Below, piece after piece: positions 53,577 to 64,000 of a stretch of 64,000 nucleotides of DNA; the stretch's first letter is position 1; each line of letters begins with the position of its first letter. The notes beneath the pieces are model-generated. The model ran no database searches, had not been told where the DNA came from, and was given only the letters and a program-made list of their open reading frames with translations. The DNA comes from Lama glama (Eukaryota), in assembly GCA_028534125.1 (NCBI GenBank), contig CM052817.1, positions 108,316,001 to 108,380,000 of the forward strand, written 5' to 3'. The translations under genes and the position numbers were made by a program.

Positions 53577-54365
53577 CACAGTTTTGTAATTCTCTACACT
53601 TGTAAAGTATTGAATCCACATTGCCTCTGCCCTTTCCACGTGCAGCCCTCTGAGCTGGACACAGCCTCAGGTGTGATAGTGGTGGCAGCTCCACTCAACA
53701 CTTCCAAGGAAGAGGAGCATTTCTTCCTGAGATGTGCTTTTAGGAGAAAAAATGTTTTTCCCCTCTGAAGCTTTCCAGCATTGGCCATTGCCGAACCAAT
53801 CCCTAGCAAGGAGGGATAACCAATGGTGACTGGCTCAGATAAGTCTTCTGGTAGAGAACAGATACTGGACAATCAATCACCTTGTCCATTATGTAATTTC
53901 ACTCGTCATCACAGACACTCACTTGGCTAAACAGGAGAGAGGTTAATCACGTGGAGAGCCGTTTTTCAGTGGAGAGAGAGAAAAACCAGGCTGGGAGAAA
54001 AGTGAGCAGGAGGTGAGTAAGTGGAGCAACCCAGGACGTGGTAGATGGAAACTAAGACACAGCAAAGTTAACAGATTATTTTAAGGTGGTAGAATCAGGA
54101 ATGAAACCTGGGAATCCCAGTTCCTAGTTATCATTTCATAACAACCCTGCCATGCTGGAGGTGAAAAATTATCTATCTCCTTATTACCACCAACTGTACA
54201 TTGTATTAGGTGATGGATGGATAGACAGACATTACATTAGTCTTTTAAATTTTTAAAATCATTAGTCCTGGAAAATCTTGGATTGCTCATTCTGTAACGT
54301 ATCAGCATCACTCTTCCCTCTAGCCATCTCCAAATGCTTGGATTTCTCTCCACAGTCAAGTCTGA

Positions 54366-54506
54366 TTTTTTATTTATTTTTTTATTTTGGGTGCGGGGAG
54401 GTCATTAGGTTTGTTTGTTTGTTTGTTTAATGCAGGCACTGGGGATTGAACGCAGGACCTCAAGCGTGCTAACCATGTGTTCCACCACTGAGCTCTACCC
54501 TCCCTC
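54366..54506 (-). mobile_element. tRNA-Ala-derived SINE (Vic-1 type)
   Basis: ctggggattgaacgcaggacctc...ccactgagctctaccctccc is the reverse complement of the SINE head; T-rich tail on the left. Confidence 0.88.
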
Positions 54507-55759
54507 CAAATTTTAAAAATCTATTTGTTAGTAACAGCAAAAACTCAGTGTTGGCTGACAAAAATCTCTTGAAATTAAAAAAAATGGAACATGTCAAACA
54601 CGTAATAGCCCTTTTTCTTTGTGTAAATACACACTTTCATGCCTCTGCTGCAGGCAACCCAATGAGAGCATTTAATCACACTTCACCTTTCTTTCTGTTA
54701 CAAACTTAAAGATATTTTGAAATTTAAGTGAAAGCTCATGTACTTTACATTCATGTGCATGAATTCAGGGATTTTTTTTTAACCTAAAAAAAATACGAAA
54801 GTCATTTTTTTAGATTGATCAATCCTAAACTAACATGAAAGTCATCTCTACACATTAAAGTATATTTTAAAAGACTAGTACTTGAGTCACTTGCTTCAAA
54901 AGAGCTGAAACAATTTGCAGTTGGCATATTTTCCTGTGTCTGCACTTCACTATATATAACCTTACAATTTGGAAAGTGGCTAGTTATTACTTATACAAAA
55001 TAAGCAGGAATAAGAAGAGTTAAATGATTTTAATTAGGTCACATGCTTAATGCTCATCTCATGATTAGAGATTTGATATTCTGAATCTCAGTCCAGTGTT
55101 TCATTCATCTGACTGGGCCATTCTGTTACATTTCAAGACATCTATCAACAATTCCGACATTACTACAAAACAGGATTTATTTCATGGAAATATGATATTA
55201 ATTTAAGAAAATAACTTACTCTACTCAGGCAAAGTGATCAAATGACTAGGGAAAATAATGTTTTATATCAAAAGACTTTTTACAACCAGTCCTCTGTTGT
55301 TCACTAGCCTGAACTTGGACTGATGTCATTACTAATATGCAAAGCTATGCACGGAATGGACCGGGCTGTACAACTGTGTGATGTAATGTTTTCCAGCACT
55401 AAAGGAAAAATCCAGAAATTTCTTTCCAAAGAGGGAAGCTCAGTTTTCCATTAACTGCAAAACGTTCTTACTTTCACATGACCCTCTGGTGACCACACAG
55501 CACAGTTCCATTTCAAAGCTGCTGTGCATAAAATGTGCAGGTTGTAGTATGTCTCCTCTTTACTCTAAGGCAGTGATTCTTCACCTCTGTTTTAGCACTA
55601 CAGACACCACTGAGAATATGATGAAAGCTGCGTCCTTCTCTTAAAAAATGCACACAAAGTTTGCAATGCTGACGGTTCCTGAACTGTGGTTCCCTCTTTC
55701 ATGGAAATAAATGCTGTCATCCTCATCTAAAGTGAGATAAGAGAAGATTTTTTTCTTTA

Positions 55760-56890
55760 AAGCTGATGGAACTATGTCAAAGGGACACAGGAGCCAACTG
55801 AAAGAGGTCTCCGTGGCCAAATCTAGAATGATTTGAGCAATAAAATAAAGTCGTACTGGGTTATAATCTAAAGTATAAAATAAAAATCCATGAGTCGATA
55901 AAGATGTAAATAAAATGAACGGACTGAATAAATAAATGGTAGAGGACAGACAAACCTCCCAAGCAGAATTCCAAAAATCAGCACAGACCCTCGGGTCTCA
56001 CTCCCCCTCCTTCGTATGAGCCGTGGGAGGTGACTTCCTTCCAAAGAGCACCATTTGGAAAGGGGAAAGCAGTGGCTTTGCCACTGGAGAAACCTGACAA
56101 CCACCACCTGAGCCAGGTGGGTGAGGTTAACCTCTTAACCTTGGCCTCTTAACCAGGTGATGTCATGTGGAGTCTGTGTACTTTTAATACACTGTGATGA
56201 GAATGTCAGCTTTAAGCCTGTGTTTCTCCTCCCCCAAACTCAAAACTGCAATCTAATCATAACTAAAACATCAGATAAATCGCAATGGAGATTAACATAT
56301 ACGCACTACATACAAAATTAATAAAAACAAGGACCTACTTATAGCACGGGAACTATACTCAATATCTTGTAATAACCTATAATAGAAGATAATCTGAAAA
56401 AAAATGTATGTAGATGTATGACTGAATCGCTTTGCTGTACACCTGAAACTAACATTGTAAATCAACTATACTTCAATAAAAATAAAATTAAAAAATAAAA
56501 TAAAATCAAAGACATAAAAAAATCCCAGTGGAGTGACATTCTTCAAAATACCTGACCAGAACTCCTTAAAACTGGCAGTCATGAAAAGCAAAGGAAGTCT
56601 GAGAAGCTGTCACAGCCAAGAGGAGCCTAAGGAAACGTGAGGACTAGATGGAGTGTGCGTCCTGAATGGGGCTCTGGAACAGAAAAAGGACATTAGGTAA
56701 AAACTAAGGAAGCTAAATAAAGTACAGATTCTAGTTAATAACAATCTATCAATATTGGTTCTCTAGTAGAAATGTACCACACTAGTGAAAGATGTTCATA
56801 ACAGGGGAACCAGATGCAGCATACTGACAGCTCTATATTATTTTGACAGTTCTTCTGTAAATCTAAAACTGTTCTAAAATTTCTTAAAAG
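55760..56890 (+). mobile_element. L1MC-type 3' UTR, interrupted by a young L1 at 56291-56519
   Basis: ctatgtcaaagggacacaggagccaactgaaag...ggaacagaaaaaggacattaggtaaaaactaagga...ctgtaaatctaaaactgttctaaaa. Confidence 0.8.
56291..56519 (+). mobile_element. Lineage L1 3' end nested in older L1
   Basis: TSD-like aaatc(g/c)ca(a/g)tggag at 56277-56290 and 56520-56533; A-rich tail. Confidence 0.85.
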
Positions 56891-56934
56891 TTTATCTGAG
56901 GGAAATAAAAAGAGCAGAGAGCCAAAAACCATAA

Positions 56935-58320
56935 TAGACACCTCACCAAATAAGATATATGGTTGGCAAATAAACATACGAAAAGATGTTCCATATCATA
57001 TGTCATCAAGGAAATGCAACTTAAAAAAAAATTGAACACCACTGCACACCTATTAGCATGACCGAACTCCAGAAGACTGACATCCCAAATGCTGGGGAGG
57101 TTGTGAGGAAACAGGAACTCGTATTCACTGCTGGTGCGAAAGGAAAATGGTACAGCCACTTCAGAAGACAGTTTGGTGGCTTCTTATGAAATGAAACGTA
57201 CTTGCACTACATGCTCCAGCAATCACACTCCTTGGTAGCTCCACAAAGCGGCTGAAGACGTATGTCCACACAAAAACCCGTTCATGAATGTTTACGGCAG
57301 CTTTAAGCATAATTGCCAAAATTTGGAAGCAACCAAGATGTCCTTCAGTGAGCGAATGGGTCAGTAAAGCGTGGTCCATGCAGACAATGGAACATTATGC
57401 AGCACTAAAACGAAATGAGCTATCAAGGCAGGGGAAGACACGGAGGAAATGGAAATGCGTATTTCTAAGTGAAAGAAGCCAATCTGTTCTAAGTGAAGTA
57501 AGCCAGAAAGAGAAAGAAAAATACCATATGAGATCGCTCATATGTGGAATCCTAAAAAAAAACAAAAACAAAACATAAATACAAAACAGAAACAGACTCG
57601 TAGACATAGATTACAAACCTGTGGTTGCCAAAGGGGAGGGGGGGGAAGGGATAGACTGGGAATTCAAAATTTGTAGATACTGGCAGGCATATGCAGAATA
57701 GATAAACTAGATTATACTGTATAGCACAAGGGAATATATACAAGATCGTGTGGTAGCTCACAGCAAAAAGAAATGTGACAATGAATGTATATATGTTCAT
57801 GTGTAACTGAAAAATTGTGCTCTACACTGGAATTTGACACAACATTGTAAAATGACTATAACTCAATTAAAAAAGTTTTAAAAAAAAAGAAAGAAAGAAG
57901 CCAATCTGAAAAGGGTGCACAGTATAGTACAGTGACATTCTGGAAAAGGTGAAAACACAGAGACCGTAAAAAGACCGGCAGCTGCCGGGTTGGAAGTTGT
58001 GGGGAGGAACATATAGTCAGAGCACAGAGGCCTTTTAGGGCAGTGAAAATACTCTCTATGACATCATAATGATGGATTCATGTCTTTACACATTTGTCCA
58101 AACCCACAGAACATCCAACACCAGGAGTGAACCCTCATACAAGCTAGGGACTTTGAGTGATTACAACATGGGTTCACTGACTGTAACAAATGTACCATTT
58201 GGTGAGGGAGCTGATAATGAGGAGGTAAGCTGTTGAAGGGGGGCAGAGTGAATGGAGAATCTCTGTACCTTCCTCTCAATTTTGCTGTGAATCTAAAAGT
58301 GCTCTAATAAATAAATAAAC
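56935..58320 (+). mobile_element. L1MC1-like 3' part, interrupted by a young L1 at 57487-57892
   Basis: Same family motifs as 38010-39005; the two halves rejoin seamlessly across the 16-bp TSD. Confidence 0.85.
57487..57892 (+). mobile_element. Young L1 3' end nested in older L1
   Basis: Perfect 16-bp TSD gaaagaagccaatctg at 57471-57486 and 57893-57908; poly-A tail. Confidence 0.93.
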
Positions 58321-58940
58321 AAACAAATGAATAAAAAGAACAGGAAAGAAGCTAAAAGATTCAGGAGAGGCAATCACACTTTCTTGTTCCAAAATCCACA
58401 GCCTTAACCAGAGGCGAAGTCTGCACACCATCACGTGGAGCTGACATTCTGATCACACGCGAAGGCTGGAGCTTGTGACAATCTGCTGCTCCAAGTCTGC
58501 ACACACCCACGTCCTCACAGGTGAGTCTTCCACTTTCACCCACGTGGAGGAGGATTTTAATGGTTAGACAAATCACTTGTCAGAAAAGAAAGTTTCCGGT
58601 GACAAAAGGATGTGGCACAGAAACGTGAGGAACCCCAACATTTAACGAGCAGCTGGAGGAAGATAAGCCAATAGTTAAAACAAAGAATAAAGTGCCCAAG
58701 AAGGAGGAGGGAATCCAGAAGTGTGTGACGTCAACAAGAACTCCGGGAAAACGAACACTTGATGGAAGGGCTGGTTCACAGGACTAAATGCCGGTGAGGG
58801 GTGGGTATGATGAGGACTGAAAACTCCCCGCAGGACGTGGCCAAGGGAGAGCTGTTTTTCAGCTGAGACGGGGCTGAAGCCAGGTTGGAGTGGACTGGAC
58901 GGTGAGCAGTAGGGAGGGAGATGGAAGGAAACGCGTGATC

Positions 58941-59860
58941 GGGAGTGACATCTGCCGGATGGAACAGGGAATTCCAGACTCTCCCTCCTCCCTGGACACA
59001 CCGACCCAGTAGCAAGGCACGGATCCACCCTTTTTGTGAGACATCCAGAAACTCGCTGAGAGGCGTCCACACCAAACCAGCAGCAATGAAACCAGTAGGA
59101 GAAGCAGAGACACCATCTGGCCACAAACCTCATCCCCCAGCACAATATGTACCAGAGAGAGAGCAGGGGAAGAGTCCGACCAACCTCCCAGCTCCTCCAG
59201 GGGCCACGCCAGGGACCAGCTTCTAGCTCACCTGTCCCAGGACAGTGACGGGGCTGCAGACGCCCATGCCCTGGGGATGCCCAAGAACAAATCCATGGCC
59301 AGACCAAGGGGCACTGGCCAAGGCTACTCCTGCCCCCTTAGTGCACAGCTTTGAGCTGTCAGCCCCAGCCCCTCCCTGTCCCTGCACTCCCAGGGTCACT
59401 GCAGCCTTCTGCACAGTCACCACCATGTACAAACAACCCAATGTCCACTGACAGATGGATGGATTCCAAAAGAGGTGGTCTATACCTACACTGGAATACT
59501 ACTCAGCCCTGCAAAAGGAAATCCTGCAACACACGGCCACGTGGATAGACCTGAAGGGCATTACAACACTGAGTGATACAATCCAGGGACAGAAGCACCG
59601 ATACTGCATGATTCCACATGTATGAGGAATCTGAAATAGCCACACCTGGAGAAGCAAAGGGAACAATGGTGGTTGGCTGGAGTGAGGGGGATGTCAGAGT
59701 TGCACATCAAAAGATATAAAGTGTCAGTTATGCAAGATGAGTAAATTCTAGAGATCTGCTATGCAACATGGTCCCTGGAGTCAACAACACTGGGTTGTGA
59801 ACAAAAATCTGTGAAAGGGGGTAGATCTCTTGTTCACTGTTCTTGCCACGATGAAAATCT
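58941..59860 (+). mobile_element. Internally deleted L1 (5' UTR-like part abutting an L1MA-type 3' end)
   Basis: Starts gggagtgacatctgccggatgg...ctttttgtgagacatccagaaac (L1 5' UTR-like). From about 59380 it reads ctgcactcccagggtcactgcagc...ggaatactactcagcc...tctagagatctgctatgcaacatgg (ORF2 end/3' UTR). Confidence 0.65.
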
Positions 59861-61239
59861 TTCTCATTAAAAGAAACCACACAATTTCCAGCGACAACCC
59901 TCCAGAAAGGAAAATCTGAACTGTACGTACACATACAACATGTTTTAACTGAGTTATTGCTCAATTTAGTGTAGAGGAAAAAATCAGTCAAAATGATTAG
60001 TTTTTTTTTTTTAACCAAAGCAGCTGATTATTTGAGCTATTTACATAGCTAATATTTGAAGACTAAATTTAATTTCCTGGCTTTCTTCTAAGGAAAATCT
60101 AGCAAATGAAGAGCTAAAAAGTGAACACGAGCTGGACAAAACGCCATTGGATTGTGTTCCTAAATACTTCTACTTCGAAAACTGATAAAATAAATCCACT
60201 TTTGTTACCACCCGCCCCCCAAGAGGAGAGTTTGATTATATCAACTCCAGAAAAGCAGCAGTGATTAGAAACAGGTGTGGGTCTCAGCGACACGTTGCCA
60301 TTTTCCTTACATTTGTCTGTGACGTAAAACCTAAGGAGGTGATGAAAGATTCAGCTGAGTGGAGAAATGTGAAATAATCGCAATTTCAGATTCCCCCCCA
60401 AAACAGGAAGCAATGGAATCTAAATCAAGGGTGAAAGAAAACTGAATCAGACAGATTTCAGGTCTTCCTTAAAAGATCCAAGCCAACAACCCAGGACGAC
60501 TTTCTTGTTTACCTGCCAAGAATTAAGTTATCACATGAGCAGCTTAAAGATTAAAAAATGAAATACACTGAATTGTATTTTCAGACAATTCAGAACCTTA
60601 AAGGTAACCAAAAATACATCAGTATCACTGATCTTGAAATCGATGTTTTAAAGGTATTATGATACAGTATCCAGCACTGTTGCCAAATGATTCATTAATC
60701 ATGATTAATATCAATCATGATATTATTTAATATTTGTTAACACTTTTTTGGGAGGGCAATGTTCTCTGAATGTAAATTTTCGAGAGCTGAAACTATTTCT
60801 CCCAGGCATGGGTTCCATATTTAAATAGAACTGCAATTCTGAATATACTGCACAGAGAGTATTCAACAAGTGTTTAGTGAGAAGCAGGGCCAGGCATTTC
60901 CCGAAAACTTGGAACAGTACCCGCAAAACAACGTGCGAAAAAACACTGCCCTTGGGGAGCTCAACCCCTACTCATGGCCTGGTCACCACCAGACAGGCGT
61001 CCCAAAGCCTCCAGGTCCCATTTCTCAAAGAGCACTGCTCAGGGCTGACGTCTGCATTTGACGCAGTTTCAAATACCCATGAACCCAGGTCCAGCCACAT
61101 TTACACCAAGATGCTTATTCCAACGCTATGATAAATTTCTTCATTCCCCATTTATTGGCTTTGTCAATTTTCCCATATATGGTTTGTTGCTTACTTTTTT
61201 ATTTAATGTTTGACTGAGAATCGGAAACATGCCTGAGTC

Positions 61240-61800
61240 CATATCGTGTCAGTGAACAGCCCCGCATTTCGTGTGTATCTGTGTGAAGATGGAAGTGCTG
61301 ATTCTAATCTTTGTACGGAAACGAAAAGAACCCACAGTGGCCAAGGCAATGAGGAAGGAGAACAAAGCAGAGGCTGTGCAGGCATCCCGCTACCGGGATG
61401 CACAAGGCTAGGAGCACCAGACCAGCAGGACAGGAAAGAGCAGCAGTAACTGATGCACAGAAACATCCAAGTGCAGTTCAGCAGAGCAGGGACAGCCTTT
61501 TCCATAAACGTGCTGCTCTCACTGGATGTGCCTATTTTAAAAACGCATCTTGACCCCACCCACTGCCATACACAAAATTAAATTGAAGTGGATTATAGAA
61601 CTAAATGTGAAACATAAAAGCTTCAAGAAAAATCACTAAAATAGATTACTTCAAGATCTTGCAGCAGAGAAAGATTTCTTAAATCAAACACAAAACACTA
61701 ATAAAACTGAATGAGCCAGACGTCATTAGAAATAAGCACTTTAGTTCATCAAAAGACACTGTTAAGAAAGTGAAAATGTGTAACAAAGATTGAAGAGATT
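61240..61800 (+). mobile_element. Old L1 ORF2 remnant
   Basis: ccatacacaaaattaaattgaagtggattatagaactaaatgtgaaa...aaagatttcttaaa...catcaaaagacactgttaagaaagtgaaaa. Confidence 0.7.
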
Positions 61801-61809
61801 TGTAGCACA

Positions 61810-61980
61810 GGCCATGGTCATATTTGTATCCATGAGTCAACCAACCTCAAGCAGAAAATACTTGAAGAGGAAAAAAAATTCCAGAAAGTTCCAAAAGGCA
61901 AAACTTGAATTTGCAGTGGGCTGGCAACTATTTACATGCTATTTAAATTGTATTAGTTATTATTAGTAATTTAGAGATTG
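61810..61980 (+). mobile_element. TcMar-Tigger-type DNA transposon fragment
   Basis: tcaaccaacc...aaaaaattccagaaagttccaaaaggcaaaacttgaatttgc...ggcaactatttacat...ttagtaatttagagat. Confidence 0.65.
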
Positions 61981-61983
61981 TTC

Positions 61984-62190
61984 TTTTTTAGTATTATTAA
62001 ATTTTTTTAATTAAAGTATAGTTGATTTACAATGTTGTTAGTTTCTGGAGTACAGCAAAGCGATTCAGTTATACATATATACATATATAAAATCTATTCT
62101 TTTTCATATTGTTTTCCATTGTAAGTTATTGTAAGATATTGAATATAGTTCCCTGTGCTATACAGTAGGCCCTGTATCTTTTATATATAC
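61984..62190 (-). mobile_element. Lineage L1 3' end
   Basis: aagtatagttgatttacaatgttg...gtacagcaaagcgattcagttatac...gaatatagttccctgtgctatacagtagg. Confidence 0.88.
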
Positions 62191-64000
62191 TTTTTTATAT
62201 GGTTTATAATAATTTTGAAATGATCACCATAGCATTTGAGCCTTCCTAAACCACATATTAAAGGCAAGATCTTCTTCTCATCTAATAGAATGAGGCACGT
62301 AGCCCTCGACACGAGAGGCCCCAGGAGTGAGCCGGCATACTGAATCCGGGGCCAGGCCACCTAGGGCTGAATCCTGGTTGGGCACTGGCCAGCAGTGCGG
62401 CCCGGACACCTCGCCCCTGTGCCTCTTTTTGTCAAAAGGTAACTCTTTTGTCAACAGGGCTAATAATCCTGGGAAACCACACTTTCATCAAGCCCTGCTT
62501 TCAGAATTAAATTAGGTCATATATGCAGAGAGCTCAGAACAGCACCTCCTACTTCTTATCACACACAGATCAACGCACAGTAACCCAGCTTGTGTCACGG
62601 GCGGAGGAAGAGCGATCACTTCCAAACGTCATAAGACAGCTCGTCAGAAGAAAAAAAAAAAGTGATTCCAAGCCACTTGAGAGTTACCAATATGCAGTTT
62701 GAGACACAAATGTATAGAATATCCTGGTTTCTTACTTGTAGATCTACCGGAAATTCATGCACCTTCTTTTCCAAATCCACACTCTCATCCTACCGCTCCC
62801 TTGAAATTGATAGTCCTGAGCTGGGAAAAGGGTCTGTTTTCCTCGCTACTACAAACCCAAACTCAAAAACAAGATCTTAAGTAAAGAGAAGCCAGAGCAG
62901 AAATTGGAAACTGAAACAAGCAATTTAAGCTTCAAAGCCCTTTAGGGTAAATCACTCCAAGGAACCATACAGAATCTGTGGATAAAGAGGCTTTGGGGAC
63001 TGTAGGGGACCCTAAAGAACTGAGCGACACTCTGCAAGCGCACTGCCACCAAGGAGCCTGATTCTGCTCCAAGCACTCTGCGGATTCTGCCTGCAGCGTG
63101 CCTTAGGTGTACAGTTATCTGTAATGAGACACAAGAAGGTCATTTCTTTCGGACTGCATCTTCATTCAAGCATCCGTCGCCATGTGTCTGAAGAACGGTA
63201 TGTGTCCTAGATGCGAACGCAGCACGAGGTCAGAGGAAACGAACAGGAGTATGGTTCTTGGGGTGACTTGCCTCCCTGCTCGGGGATGCGTGGCCTCTGG
63301 ACCGGGAAAGACCCGCCTTTTTTTGTCTCAATCAATCATCAGCTGGAAACCAGTGTAAATTCTGATTGGCCGAGCTGGAACCCAGGGACAAAGGAACACT
63401 GCTCCCCATACCGAGCCCCCCATGCCCATCCACCTGCTCCAAGAACCGGCGACGGCTTCACTGCCCGGGGGATGGTTCCAGCAGATCCCACCACGTGTGC
63501 AGCCCCTCGGGAGGAACAAGGTCCCCTGTGGTTTAGCCCCCACTGAAGTAGGCACTCCCATCCCGAAGATGCCGGAGCCTCAGAAATAATCAAAGCTGAG
63601 CTCCTGCCCCGCCCCCAGCCGGGCCTTCCTCGGGCAGGGCTGCGCAGGGGGGCGGGGCACAGCGACGCTCACAGCGTCTTCGTGGGTTTCTCCAAATCCC
63701 CTGCTCCGGAAGCTCTCATTTCAGTCACCATCACCTTGGAACGGCCGTGGCGTCCCCCAGCTGACAACTCCCATGCCAACCCCCAGCCCCAGGCATCATC
63801 CTTCCGCGCAGGCTGTGGGGTCCTGCCCCTCCCAGGCCTTTGGGGAAACTTCATCCAGCACCTCCTCTGCCTCCCGTGACCCACATCTGCGTCTCAGGCA
63901 AGACTCAAGTTCTCTTTCCGGGACCCAGGTCCCAGCCACCATGAGCCCCTGGGACAGGGGACACATGTTACACTGCCCCTCCCCACCTGGGGGGGAGTAT

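Noticed and set aside
58675..59307. 210-aa minus-strand ORF
   Set aside because: Overlaps L1 5'-UTR-like sequence; no protein family signal.
50898..64000. Search for GLRB exon 2 (signal peptide, MKFLL...-like) or a nested gene in intron 2
   Set aside because: No matching exon or credible spliced ORF found; the region is dominated by repeats.

Overview
Mammalian genomic DNA, very probably camelid because it carries five tRNA-Ala(AGC)-derived Vic-1-type SINEs. There is a 500-N assembly gap at 1351-1850. The window holds the 3' part of GLRB (glycine receptor beta subunit) on the minus strand. Coding exons 3-10 lie between 50897 and 12733; all have GT-AG boundaries and phases that join into one open frame. 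A 3' UTR of about 1.35 kb follows, and exons 1-2 lie beyond the right edge. The rest is intron or intergenic DNA rich in L1, L2, MIR, LTR and DNA-transposon remnants. I see no evidence for a wholly new multi-gene system. The best lead is an extra, in-frame alternative exon in intron 9 (acceptor at 13952). It has two intact donors and a third site one base from a strong donor, and it would modify or replace the intracellular loop just upstream of the gephyrin-binding motif. It resembles the rodent 'E9A' exon as I recall it. Other leads are a sharp GC3/CpG shift in exons 8-10 with an intragenic CpG island, a 244-nt polypyrimidine tract just after exon 8, and several mechanistically informative retrotransposon insertions. 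Repeat family names are by-eye recognitions, and their boundaries are approximate unless target-site duplications (TSDs) are quoted.
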